A stretch of DNA of 63,306 nt, counting the filler, from Olpidium bornovanus S191 (taxonomy: Eukaryota; Fungi; Olpidiomycota): NCBI GenBank assembly GCA_017911155.1. It is 33 parts of 33 records of this genome, joined end to end, with 100 filler letters (N's around TTAATTAATTAA, not from the genome) between each part and the next. Parts side by side here need not be neighbours in the genome. Positions count along the whole stretch, not along the records: positions 48,480 to 49,928 come from JAEFCI010010017.1; positions 50,029 to 51,270 come from JAEFCI010010958.1; positions 51,371 to 52,863 come from JAEFCI010011189.1; positions 52,964 to 54,314 come from JAEFCI010008875.1; positions 54,415 to 56,516 come from JAEFCI010000443.1; positions 56,617 to 58,268 come from JAEFCI010005134.1; positions 58,369 to 59,682 come from JAEFCI010008365.1; positions 59,783 to 63,306 come from JAEFCI010006214.1; 25 more parts are not named here. One strand, written 5' to 3'. Each line of letters opens with the position of its first letter. The first letter of the stretch is position 1. Below are positions 48,885-60,965 of the stretch, piece by piece. A program made the position numbers and the translations under genes. The notes under the pieces were generated by a model, which saw nothing but the letters and a program-made list of their open reading frames with translations, had not been told where the DNA came from and searched no databases.

Positions 48885-49928
48885 TCAAAGCAACATGTAC
48901 GCGACGACGGCAGACGAGCTCACGAGATAGACGGCGCTCGACAGTCCTCCAACGTTCTTAAAAGCTCCGGATACCGAGGTCTTCGGCGTGCGCGTCGTCG
49001 AGGCGGCTCGGACCTCGGAGCCAGTCTGCTCCTTAGGCTTGTTGCCGAACGGCCTGCGGGAGGAGCTGCTGGAGGGCGAAGGCTTGGAGTCCTTGTCCTT
49101 GTCGTCCTTGGGCTTGTCGTTCTTGTCATTTCCGGATGGCTTATTATCCGGGTCGGTCTCGCCGGTCGCCCCTGATCCGAAAGGCAAAAAACGTTGCATT
49201 TAATATATCTGCCAAAATGTCTTATCAGACAGCCCAATATTTTGGCCAGAAGCAAGAAAAGTATCGGAGACAACATTTTGTCCGCGGAACCCCGTACCTT
49301 TGATCTGAAACCTCGAGCCGTAGAAATAGCCGTCCTGGACGCTTCCCAGCCGGAGGAAGTAGCCCCCGCCGGGAGGGTTGGGATCCAGGTCCTTCGGAAC
49401 GCGCTCCCACTTGTAAGACCCTGCCCTGTACAACAGCGTCCCACACGCGAGGTGTTTTCTGATTTAAGTTTCCATTCCCTCCTCCTTTCGAGAGTTCGCT
49501 TGGCACTTCCGCACATCCACGCCGCCGCCCCACACGCCGTTACCTGGGATCGACTTCTTTGCCGACGATGGTCATCGCCTTGGATGCCGCGTTGTCGTCG
49601 CCCATCATTAGGTCGATTCCGATCTTTGAGGGGAAGGGCGAGCCGGACGAGTCGATCACTGGCTCCCTAGGGAAATGTTTGAAAATATAAATCTCACGGT
49701 CACGGGGAACACGCTCTAACCGAAAGTACAATAAAAACCAACCATTGGATCTCGAGTGGCTTTCCGGCGACCGCGGGGGTACCGCCAGTGACCGGGTATG
49801 TCACGAATATCTGGTTGATCACGGCCGGCGCACGCGCGTCAGCTAAGACGTGCTTGGGTAATTGGTGGAAGGAGGGGAAGGAGGGAATTGGAGGGAGAGC
49901 GGGCAGGAAAGCGAAGATTGCTGTCATG
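48885..49928 (-). CDS. GPI-anchored cell-surface protein with Kre9/Knh1-like N-terminal Ig-like domain; about 4 exons; true start uncertain
   Basis: Spliced product IFVTYPVTGG..AGKPLEIQW|EP...KIGIDLMMGD..TIVGKEVDP|RAGSYKWERVPKDL...YFLRLG...YGSRFQIK|, low-complexity stalk, hydrophobic C-terminal GPI signal ...SSAVVAYMLL*. Confidence 0.78.
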
Positions 49929-50326
49929 NNNNNNNNNNNNNNNNNNNNNNNNNNNNNNNNNNNNNNNNNNNNTTAATTAATTAANNNNNNNNNNNNNNNN
50001 NNNNNNNNNNNNNNNNNNNNNNNNNNNNCCCCCCCTCGAGCCAGGCACCTCAGGCACTGCTGTCAACGGGGCTCGGCCACCCGCGCAACCACAATCGGAG
50101 GGACGAAGTCACGATTGGGCTCATAACCTGTTGTTTATTTCGGAGTTGCGGGAGGGGCGAAAAAAAAAAAGGGTTTCTAACCACTGTGCCCGGGAGCGGT
50201 AGGAAGGAACTACGGCTGCAACATGCAGGGGTTCCGGCCAATCACTAACAAGACTCTCGGCAGCATCTCATGGTTGTATCAAGAAAAAAAACTTCACGAA
50301 CATCCAAAAAACTCAGTTTTACATGT

Positions 50327-51270
50327 CTATGTCCCATCGACAACCGCGGAAGCCACTGGGACTGCCTGTTCACTGCACTCCTCTCGCCCCTCGGGCGCGG
50401 TGTCAACAACATAGTACTCCCCTTCCGTCCTCTTGGCATACTTAATCAGCGTCCTCCCTACGCAATCTCCCTCATCCATCCACTGATCGGCCCGGAGAGG
50501 GCAGCCCCATTCTTCCGACAACCTCACCAGCGGCGGCACGTCCGCCGCACTGACCTCCTGGATGTGCCGTACGAAGTGGCATAACGCGTTCACATCCGCG
50601 GAAAGGGCGGCCACTGCTGCGGCTCGTTCGGAGTCCGAGCTACGCACGGAGTCCCCGGGAGTCCGAAGGCCGGCCAGTCGCAGCAGGCCGTCGAGAACTT
50701 CGGGCGTCACGTCACAGGTGCGCGAGGCGAGATCCAATGTCGGCAAAAGGGACTTCACAGACCACGAAGCCTCTTCGGGCTGGCGACAAGAAGAGGAAAT
50801 GTGGGGGGGGGAGAAAAAGTTAAAAAAGGAGAACCTTGATCATCCCGTTTTATGCGTACATCACGTACCAGTACATCGAAAGCATCCTCCGCCGAAGCTC
50901 TTCTCGCTTGCGAGGTGTAGAACCTCCTTGCTCCCGGCAGCTTACTTCCGTCCCCGGACTGTCTCCTGACGTTCCCCCCTCCAGTGGCAGTAGTTTTCCT
51001 GCCGGTAACCCACCGGCCTTCGCCGTCGTCCCACGCAAACACCTCGGTTTCCGAAGAATTGTAGTTCCATTCTTCCCCCGCCAAGATGTCGCCTTCGTCG
51101 CCATCGATCCCTCTGCGTGGCAAGCCGTCGACAGACATACTTCGCTGAGCATGTTTTCCCGAAGTGGCCGTCTCCGGTGCCTGCTGCTTCCGGCGGCGCC
51201 CATTGAACTTCTCTTGATCACTCTGGTTCCTGTAGGCGGACGAGGTACGGCCCTCGTCATCGCAGGAAGC
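50327..51270 (-). CDS. Mitochondrial Glu-tRNA(Gln) amidotransferase small subunit (GatC/GatF-like); intron 50780-50868; 5' partial
   Basis: EASWSVKSLL, LDGLLRLAGL, DVNALCHFVRHIQEV..VPPLVRL, GRTLIKYAKRTEGEYYVV. Confidence 0.78.
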
Positions 51271-52963
51271 NNNNNNNNNNNNNNNNNNNNNNNNNNNNNN
51301 NNNNNNNNNNNNNNTTAATTAATTAANNNNNNNNNNNNNNNNNNNNNNNNNNNNNNNNNNNNNNNNNNNNCCCCCTTTCCTTTCCCCTCCACCTCGCCTC
51401 TCTTTTTCCCCCGCGCTACGGGGGCAACGCCCGTCCACAAAAGGGCAGAGCGTACCAACAAAGAAAAAAAAAAGCACGGACGGACGGAAGAGCACCGGGT
51501 TGCAGGTATGGCCGCCGCCGGGGTGCTTCCCCCACCACCGGAAGAGTTTCCCGGTGTGAGCGCTTCCCTTCCCCCGCCCCTCACCTAGGACCTCGGAAGG
51601 TTTGTTCGGTCCTCGTCCCCCTCTCCTCCTCCTCCCTCTCTCGTACCTCTCTCCCGTCCGCTCCCTCTCTTTCCCTCATCACAATTTCCTTGCACCCCCC
51701 TGCACTCCCTCACCACATCCCATCACCACATTTCTCTTCACCTTTCCATCTGCCCACACTCCCCTTCCCGAATCAAAATGTACTTATGTAGGGGCTTTTC
51801 GGCCCTTTCCTTACTTTAGTTTTTATTTTTTTACTTTTCATTAATTCAAAGGAACTACGAATCCTCGGATCCCGGGCAACCGGGTACGTAGGCAGCCGAG
51901 GCTCTTCGTAGCGGAGGTCCGAGGTTCCCCCCCCCCCGCCCCCCCCCCCCCACCTCCTCTATTTTGAATCCACTGCCACTCCACGCCATCGTCCATTCCC
52001 CAAAACACCAATGTACTCCCACTTCACAATTTAACTCAAATCGCACCATTTTTTCAACTTGTATCAATCAAATTTGAATCTTGCAACCTCACTCTAACTC
52101 TACACTCAAATGTACAATGCAATGTGTTTTATCTTGAAGCAATAAAACTGACTTCAAACTTCGAGCGCTCTTTGTCGGTGAGGATGAGAATGATCGAGTT
52201 TGCCGCGGCACGGCGGGGAATCTGCGGGCCGGCGCGGCTGTTATTTGTGGGGGGGGGGGCTTACCGCGGCGGGGTGGGGGGGGGGGTTGTTGGGGAAAGG
52301 GGGGGATGGGGAGGAGGGGAGTGTGAAGGCAGATAAGTTACCGTTGGACAGGGTGAGGGAAATCTGCGTGGGTTGTTTACGGGTGAAAAACGGCGGAGGT
52401 CGAGCCAGAGTGAAAAGGAGAGGTTTCAGCGGCTCGTTGCAGGGGTGGCCGAGTTCTTATTCGCGGCGGCTCGAACGGGAGGGGCCGAGCTCCGATTCGG
52501 CGCACGCCGCGGCGGAGCATTGGAGCAAGGCGTGCCCGGAGAGCGGCGCAGACATGGAGAGGGGGGGGAGCCTCTGTCATATTACGAGGGGCCACGGATC
52601 ATCGTGATCTTGAAGTCCCGCTGCGCTGGACCTCCTCGGGACGTCCGCGGCATCGACGGGTCTGCCAAGGGAGCAGGGGCCGGGAGATATGGCCAGTGAA
52701 ACGCGACGGCCGCAAACGGCATATATGACTTCGAACGTGAACTGATTCACAAGATTTTCCTTCTCTCGTACTATGCGATATATCCTGTTCGGATGCGGCA
52801 TCGTTGGGGTGCGAAAAAAAGGGGAAAAGCCTTCGGCAAAAGTCCCTGTTGTCGGCGTAGCCANNNNNNNNNNNNNNNNNNNNNNNNNNNNNNNNNNNNN
52901 NNNNNNNTTAATTAATTAANNNNNNNNNNNNNNNNNNNNNNNNNNNNNNNNNNNNNNNNNNNN

Positions 52964-54138
52964 CGTCCTGCAGGCTGAGGTTGCATAGATGGCTCTCCGT
53001 CGCAATGACAGGTCGGCCAAACGTGCTTCCTGTAAGCAATTTTCGGCCGCAAGGTTTTCGTTAATCCACGATCGGGGGCGCATGCCGTTTGCGGGGAGAC
53101 GGTCGCACAAGAAGACAGAACATCCGGCCGGGCGCAGCCTGCCCATGTCCGTCTAGACAAACGGCCATCGGTACCTTGGAAAGCGGTCGCATAAAGATGA
53201 TCGAACGCCATGCTTTCGGGGCAGTTGTCGGCCTCCGCGCGGGCCGCGATAGCGCCTGCCCTAGCGGCTTCAAAGTTGGCCTTGCTGAAGGCAGGATTCG
53301 TCACCGAGTCCGCGATGATGCCCACCATCTTGCCAACGTCGTCCTTGAGCACGTCCGCATAAAAGGCGTTGTTCTCGCGGGAGGTGTACGAGCGGAGCCG
53401 GGCCCCGATTCTGTCGACTTCGGAAGAAAGGGCGGTTTCCGACCGCGTTTTCGACCCCTTTATCAACACCACCACCCCCCACCCCACACGGGAGCGTCGA
53501 AAGGAGAGACAAACGCTGTCAAACGCCTGATCTTCGCAAGGGCCCTCCCCGCTTCTGCCCTAAACTGACCGACCCCCTCGGGCTTGCCCGCTTTTCGTCC
53601 GGCTCTTTTACAAGGCACCGACAGAGGCAAGGCTTTTCCAGCCCGTCAGTACCTTAAGAGCCACCCGTTCGAGGAGGTAAGCGGTGCCAGGCGTGTCGAG
53701 CGCCTCCGCCCTGGAACCGGCAGCAAACCAAGCGCCGACCGTGGCCAACGGGGAGGCGGGGTTGGCCTCTGTCGCGACGGTGACGCCGTTGTCCAACCTG
53801 GTTATTCTGGTATCGGCGTGCGCTTCGGACGCGTACCCGCGCCGCAGGCGGCAGGCGGGGGCAACCTGAAACAACAACAAAAGCACGCGGACAGGTCGGC
53901 AAAAAAAAAAAAAAAACCGCAGGCCGTCAAATTCGGTCTCCACTCAAGGAGTGGAAGGGACTGGGCGGCGGCACGGCCGAGCGAGCAAAGATTGGGGTGG
54001 GGTGGTGTTGACATAACAGCGGGCAAAAATGTGCGGGGTAGCGGAAGCGGGGCAACGCACCTTCCGGCTGCTTGCGCGCAGAGGCGAACGCGCGGCGGCG
54101 GCGGGGCGCAGGGCGGCGCAGAGGTAGGCGGCGGCCAT
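52964..54138 (-). CDS. QCR1: M16 family MPP-beta / Complex III core protein 1 homologue lacking the zinc motif; 4 exons; 3' partial
   Basis: Mitochondrial presequence, TRITRLDNGVTVATE, TVGAWFAAGSRAE, GTAYLLERVALK|GSKTRS, YTSRENNAFYA, FDHLYATAFQ|GSTFGRPVI. Confidence 0.88.
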
Positions 54139-54414
54139 CCGACGAAGCACTGCGCGTGCGCGGACGGGTCGCGTGGGGCGGGTGCGGGTTGGGCGCGTGT
54201 GTGCGGGGGGGGTGGGGGGGTCGAAGGAAACGGGCGGTCGGCCGTGTCCGGGCGGGCGTTTGTTCCCGGCCGCCCGAAAAAGCCCGCCCGGCCCCGCCGC
54301 CCGCCGCGTTCTCCNNNNNNNNNNNNNNNNNNNNNNNNNNNNNNNNNNNNNNNNNNNNTTAATTAATTAANNNNNNNNNNNNNNNNNNNNNNNNNNNNNN
54401 NNNNNNNNNNNNNN

Positions 54415-55050
54415 CATGCAAGTTTGTTCAGTGACTTGCCCAACGATTGTTCTTGGCCTGACGGCTTTCGGCATCACACGAAACTTTAGATACATTTGCC
54501 AAATTTCACCACAGATTTGGCTATTTTCGTAACGAAAATACACAGAGTCGTGTCCCCTCGACATAAATGCGACATACCTCGAAATGTATCACGATTCACT
54601 GCGATGCCGCGCGTTGCGATGTCTACATAAAAATCATAAATCGGGATCTTGTGACATCGCCCCAGAGGCATTTAAAAGACATCCGTCCTTATAACGTCGC
54701 ATGACGTGGTGCAGCATGATGTTAACAAAAAGGCATCAGGTGATGTCTGGCCGGTGACGCTGCGTCAGCATCTCACCATGTGACATTGTGGTAAGATGTG
54801 CAGGCTGACGTCTTGTGTGATATTTCGCATTGCATTGCATTACAAAGCTATTGAGGCACGAAACATCTTATTGAAGTTGCAAATAAAATGTTAATGTGAA
54901 ATTGCACTGCAAAGTCATTCAGCTTCACGATGGTGGCATGTATCGGCGACCACACAGGCCGTCACCGAGTCGGGGCAGATATTCGTTTGTCAGAGTCATT
55001 TATTCAGGTGTCATTGAGGCGTCAGGCAAATGCACACTGTGTATACTGGG
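54415..55050. mobile_element. Putative non-coding TE remnant / non-autonomous element (lower GC, recurrent CGACAT/ATGTC/TGACGT motifs)
   Basis: No credible ORF; visibly more AT-rich and TG/CA-rich than the genes; dispersed short motifs. No terminal repeats identified. Confidence 0.35.
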
Positions 55051-56616
55051 GGGATGGGTGGGGTTAGCTATCTGATTTCATAGGAATAGACATAGAAAGG
55101 TGGCCGAGGGTGGGGGGGGAGAGAGACGTCCCTGTGCACCCTCTCGAGCAAAAACCGGAAACCAGGAAGATAAAATAAAATAAACATGAAGGAAGCTGGT
55201 ATGCAGACATTCCCGCGACTCGGCCGGGCGAATGTCATCCCCGTTTGTGACGCCGTCATCTGCCGAGCGGCTTTTGTCGCAGCCCCGCACTGCTCGCTGC
55301 CAGAAAATAAAAAGTAAATAAGAAAAATGAAAAGAGAGAATTGATATGCCGAAAACGTGCGAGAATGAAGGCGATGACGAGGAGCGGGCGGTCTATTTAC
55401 AAACGCGCATTTTTGTTGCCGTAAGGTGATATTTTCTGTCGCGGGAGAGAGGGGGGGGGGGTTGGTGGTGGTGGGTGGGAAGGTGTGCGGGGGGGGGGGC
55501 TGATGGCACCTGAGTAAATCAACTTCGGGGCTTCTGTGTTTTCGCTCGATGGAGTAAGACGGCCGCCCAATTCAACATGGAGAGAAAGCGTCCAGGACTC
55601 TTGGTTCGTTCGTTCTTTTTTTTGTTTTTTTTTTGTGGGGTATCTGGAGCCGCACGCGGAACGCGGCCCGCCACCGTCGCCGGATAACCAGACGTCCGCG
55701 GGTGTGTGTTCGGCCGGCGACTTTGGAAGATTAAAGCACGGCGGCCCGGCCGCTTTGCCCAGTCCCGCGGGGCCCACAGAAAGGAGGGAACAATTCCGCT
55801 CGTCACACGGAGCTGGACTGGCGCAATGTAATGACGGGAAAGGGCCAAACATTTCTGCTTTTTGGAAAGGGGGGGAGGAAGGGGGGGAGGGTGTGAGAGA
55901 GGCGGGAGCGGAGCGATGTTGCGAGCATTTGCATCCCGGGTGGGCCGTTGGTGGGTTGGCCGTTGGCGGAACGGAAAGCGTCCGATCCGATTATCAATAA
56001 AGTGCTATTGAAGAACTTCTATTTTCCAGAATCAGGGGAACTTGCTACTTACTTCCCGCTCCGCAAAAGCTTCAAATCGGTTTTCCTCAAATTTTGCCTC
56101 TCGTAAACGTTCGGGAAGGAAAAGCCGGGGGCGCGGGCAGACTCTGCCCACGAGCCAAGGAAAAAAAAATTACATTAGATTTGTGACGGATGCTTCAAGG
56201 AAAAAAGAGAAAAAAAAATCGTTTGCGTGGATGTCGGGGGACGGGGGTCGGCGCGCCGCGAATGATCAAAATGGGGACTGTGCAGGAAGATGTTTCTTTT
56301 TACACGGTGTGAATAGCTGGGTTTGAAAAAAAAGGACGAAAGTGCGGCCGACAGAGGAGAAAAAAAAGTTGGTAGGGGGAATACGGAAACAGGAGACAAA
56401 AACGAGACAAACTAGTTGTTTGAACTTCTTTCCGTCAGGCAAACCACCGCTCCCGCGGCCCTCCCAGACAGAAGCTACAACGCGTGCACGGCACCCAAAA
56501 GCCGTGCACCGGCATGNNNNNNNNNNNNNNNNNNNNNNNNNNNNNNNNNNNNNNNNNNNNTTAATTAATTAANNNNNNNNNNNNNNNNNNNNNNNNNNNN
56601 NNNNNNNNNNNNNNNN

Positions 56617-57477
56617 CATGGTTTCCAGAAGAGCTAGGAAATTCCTGGAACAAAGATTTGCAGAGTGAGCAAGTCGCCTCTATGCAGAAATTAAGCTTTC
56701 CAAAACTCGACAACACCGACCCTGCTGCTCCGTTGATCAACACGTCCAATCTGCCGAAGTTTTCGAGCACAGCCTTGACGGCTTTGTCGCAGTCTTCCGG
56801 CTTGCGTACGTCGCCAGCAACCGTCTTGCACACTTGGCCAGTGGCACCCGTCAATTCTCTGGCGGCTTCTTCCAATTTCGACGCCCTGTGAGACGCGTGC
56901 GACAACCTCTGTTAATTTCACAGCCATTCCATACCCTTTGACAGCCACCCGTATTGAACAAAGTGATACAAAAAGCTCTGGCAACGAACGTCCTGCCAAA
57001 GATGACCACATTTGCTCCGTGTCTCATAAACGCGCCAGCTATGCCTTTGCATATGCCCGAACCTGCATGACCAAAAGTCAGATTCCGGAATCCTTAAAAC
57101 CAACACAGGAGCTCGAGGCGCCGACGTACCACCGCCGGTCACGAGGGCGACCTTGTTGTGGGGAATTTCGAAGGGGCGGCGTTCAAACAATATAGACGCG
57201 TGTTACCATCAACAATCCTCAAGAGCAGTACACGACGCAGAAGAGAGAAAAGGCAACCTTTCCCTTGAGAATGTCAGCCTGCGGAAGAGGAGAGCGCGTC
57301 GAGAATGAGATGCGAGGTCCGTGAGGCACCGGAACGCGACGCGACGGCCCCGGAAGCCGCACGAAGCGCTCCTCTCACGTCCCGCCCGCGGGCGACAAAC
57401 GTGAAAAAGAGCCGCACCGCGAAGATGGCAATCGTGGGCGCCGACAGCGGCACTGGGGAAAGGGTGGATGCCGCCAT
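56617..57477 (-). CDS. SPS19: Peroxisomal 2,4-dienoyl-CoA reductase (Sps19/DECR2); exons 57477-57418, 57278-57258, 57151-57130, 57062-56990, 56885-56721, 56644-56617; 3' partial
   Basis: Spliced product IAIFA|ADILKGK|VALVTGG|GSGICKGIAGAFMRHGANVVIFGR|TASKLEEAAREL...GDVRKP...FGRLDVLINGAAG|NFLA; all phases consistent. Confidence 0.92.
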
Positions 57478-57733
57478 GTCCCGTCCCAGTCCACGTCCGA
57501 GTTTGCTTGCGCGCCGTGGGACGACGAACGGGTCGCGTTGCGAGGTTCGGAGGATTCAAAAAAAAAATCTTCTCTGTGGCGGGCACGCGCGCCACGGCCA
57601 CCCCCCCGCCTTCTCTTCCGGGTCGGGCAATCAATTCACACAACGAACGCGGGGATTCGAGAAGGCCCGGTTAACACGAGTTAAGCCGAGCGGCGCTGTG
57701 CAGAGAGCGTTCTTTATACTCCGGATCCCAACA

Positions 57734-57928
57734 TTCACTCGTGGATCACACGGGTTTACTCGGTTTTTCGCTTGCGCGGGTTTACTCGGTTTCAAATTCC
57801 GAGCAAAACGCAATTCGCTCGCGATACACGGCAAAAGTGCCCCCGAGTAATCCGGCGTAATCACGAGTAAATCCGAGTAACCACGTTCGCTTTACTCGCA
57901 TTCATCTGGCTTTGCGCGGCGTTACTCC
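57734..57928. repeat. Dense cluster of CGAGTAA/TTACTCG motifs in both orientations
   Basis: Perfect copies within 57755-62, 57781-88, 57844-50, 57864-70, 57874-80 and 57891-98, plus degenerate ones. Confidence 0.85.
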
Positions 57929-58368
57929 TTGCGAAGGCCTTATCTATTCGGCCACCGAACCCGGGACCGGCCCGCCGTGCTGCCACCTGTCCGGGCACCC
58001 GCCCCACCATGCTAGCACCCGTCCCAGTAGCCGGCCTATCATGCTGGCGCTTGTGCAGGCGCCGCGCCGTTCATGCTGCCACGAATGCACCTGTCGTGTT
58101 ACCATGGGCACAGCCGTACCATTTTACACAACTACTGTGCGCCGCAGCAGAGTTGTCTTTGTAAGAAAGGCAGTGAAAGCCGTGTTTCGGGAACGGACGT
58201 GTTGGACGCCAGCGTGCCTGACACGGGAGTCGGAAACGTGAAAGCGCGCGGGCCTGTGAAATGGAGGGNNNNNNNNNNNNNNNNNNNNNNNNNNNNNNNN
58301 NNNNNNNNNNNNTTAATTAATTAANNNNNNNNNNNNNNNNNNNNNNNNNNNNNNNNNNNNNNNNNNNN

Positions 58369-59682
58369 GCACAGAGCGCGCAGACCCCGATCTCGATCCC
58401 GATCCCGAACCTGAATCACACAAGTCTCCAGATAATTCCGTCCCTCGATAGCACTGGTAGTGCGCGACGTGAATAGACTTGTTACAATGACCTTCCCTAT
58501 TCAACAGCTCACCGAGCAGATCCAACACCAGACGCAAGGCAACGATCAAGTCCGTCAGGCGCTGTTGTACCTGGTGGACCAGGAACGCGCCCGCCAGCGC
58601 TCGGACTCAACGGGAAGGAGGGGGTATCGCCAGCGTCACTTGCTACAACTGCGGGGAAGTCGGGCACCTGTTCCGCGATTGCACCAAACCACGCATGGAC
58701 CGGCGGAACTCAACCCCAGCAACGGGCTCCAACGCCGAGCCGTTAAAAGCCCAGCCGGCCGCGCCCTAGGGACGGGCACGGTCGGCGAGCACGAGTCCCT
58801 TTGGGTGGCCCAGGTACATGACGCTGGGCGGGAGGATCTTGCCCTCGCCATCGTGACCGCGGCGCACGGAACGGACGAGGAACCGGACGGCGATTTCTTC
58901 GCCGCGAAGCGCAAGGCGGAGGAATCGGAGCTACCTCCCGGTCGGCAGCTCCCGGGCAAGCGTGGTCGTCACTCCGGCCGCAGAACGTCTCCGCCCCCAT
59001 CACCCGCTCCGCCCGCTCCGCCCCCTTCGCTGCCACCTGTGGTACCGGACTCGGAATGGGCTCCTGCGTGTCGAGAGCGCCGGACTGCAGAGGAGCAGCC
59101 GCAACCCGAAAAGCCCTCCAACCGCGCGGAACCGCCGGGTCCAGGAGAGTCATCGAAGCAGTCGTCCGTCACGTCCGATCGTTCGATCGCACCACTCCTG
59201 ATCAACCGCGGGGAGGTTTTCGACGTCGTCGATCAAGTCCGCAAACTCACGGTCACCCTTCCGCTCACGCAGTTCCTGGAAAAGTCGCCTTTGGAACACA
59301 AACGTTTGATGCAGCTCCTGCAGAAGGAGCGTCGCTCGGTCTCCTTTTCTTCGCCCGCTTCGCCCTCCGATCCGCCAATGCTCGGGATGCCGGGAAACAT
59401 ATTTTCCTCGGCCGAGGACGTCGTCTCGGCATACGAGCGCATGGAAGCCGCCAAGCGCAGATGCGTCGCGGCGTACAGAACGAATAACGACAGTACCACC
59501 CCCGTCATCGTAGTCATGATCAACGACGTTCCCGCCCTCGCCGGCGTCGACGACGGGAGTGACGGTACGTTTGTTCACCCGGCGTTCGCTAACCTCTGCG
59601 GCTTGGACATCGACACTCAAGTCAGGAAATCGTACCGCGGGATGGGCGGCGGCGAGAACCGCGTCGCCGGCACGGCCCGCGC
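58369..59682 (+). mobile_element. Degenerate Ty3/Gypsy-like gag (CCHC knuckle) and aspartic protease, with frameshifts
   Basis: CYNCGEVGHLFRDC at 58641-58682, in a different frame from the long ORF; TVTLPLTQFLEKSP; retropepsin-like ALAGVDDGSDGTFV...CGLDI...GMGG...VAG. Confidence 0.85.
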
Positions 59683-59782
59683 NNNNNNNNNNNNNNNNNN
59701 NNNNNNNNNNNNNNNNNNNNNNNNNNTTAATTAATTAANNNNNNNNNNNNNNNNNNNNNNNNNNNNNNNNNNNNNNNNNNNN

Positions 59783-60965
59783 CATGAAATTCCGCTCAGA
59801 CTGGAAGGCCTCCTCGTCGACGCCACCGCTGGAGTAAAATTCCAGGTCGTCGAACGTCGGTCTGTCCCCCTGAGACGCAGGGTCGGAGCGGCCGATGTTC
59901 CCGGTGAAAAGTTCAGCCAATCTCAAGTCTGAATGACGAGCAAAGTCCATAGCTGTCCGGCCTTTGGCTGTCTTTGTGGATGTCTTCGCACCGTACTCCA
60001 CGAGCATCCGCGCAAACGCGTAATGGTTGTTCTTTGCGGCCCACTGCAAGAATTGTCAGCGATGGTATTGACCAGCGCAGCAGTAGAGGAAGAGATTGTA
60101 AAACTGTCAGTGACAATTTTGATAAGGGCAATAGCAGTTGAATAGCTGCGCATTCACACGGCAAGAATGGCGTAAAAACCATAACGGCTGGTTGGAAATC
60201 AACATACCGTTAGTGGGGTCCAACCAACTGAGGTCGGCAAACGTAAAGTCAGCGAAGAGAGCACGGGTACATTTTTCAGCGGGCTTTTACGAGCTCCGGC
60301 ACAGGCGGCCGCCTACCGAACGTAACGCGGGCGGCTCGCCGCGACTCACACTTGTCCTGGATGTCCGGGTCCGCGCCTGCTTCGAGCAACAGAAAAGCGA
60401 CTTCCATGTGACCAAAGCAGGCGGCGTAAATGAGCGGTGCGGAGCCCTCCTCGTCCTTCGCGTTGAGATCGATGAACTCCCGTGGTACCTGATTCAGGAT
60501 CCTCTCCACTCTCCTTGCGTCGCCGTTACCGACTGCCCGAGAAAGGATGCACCGCAGGCGCTCGATCCTCCCGTCAACGGGGATGTCCTCTCGGCGAGCA
60601 AGCTCAGCCTCGTCGACGGACTCATCGAAGAGTACGTCCAGCTCGCCCACAGGGCCTGTCGCGGAGGCGGCATTCGAGGACAGCAGCGCCAGGAACTCGG
60701 CATCGGCGGGCTCGAGGGGCGCGCTCAGCATCGAAGACGACGGCGGCGGCGACACGACGGGCGGGCCAAGCGGGGCCGGGAAGCCAACGACGCCTCCGCG
60801 GTCGTCCGCCGGCGGCGGGACGGGAGGCGGGTCATAGCCGAGCTTCCTGGACAACGACACGGGTTCGCCGCGCAGGGGTAAACGGGGCGGCGCGGCGCCG
60901 TTGTCGGCGGCGGCGGCCGGGTCGGCTGCGGAAAGGAGGAGGTCGGGGAGGTCTGCGGCGAGCAT
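59783..60965 (-). CDS. Ankyrin-repeat protein of the fungal ankyrin + DIL-domain family, N-terminal part; multi-exon, 3' partial
   Basis: RLRCILSRAVGNGD..IDLNAKDEEGSAPLIYAACFGH...AGADPDIQDK|..GWTPL..|WAAKNNH...KTAKGRTAMDF...FYSSGGVDEEAF. The DIL domain is inferred from family memory, not seen. Confidence 0.85.

Noticed and set aside
51600-52863. Pyrimidine/AT-skewed tract and a possible exon IPRRAAANSIILILTDKERSKFE
   Set aside because: Looks like low-quality consensus; the exon is not assignable.
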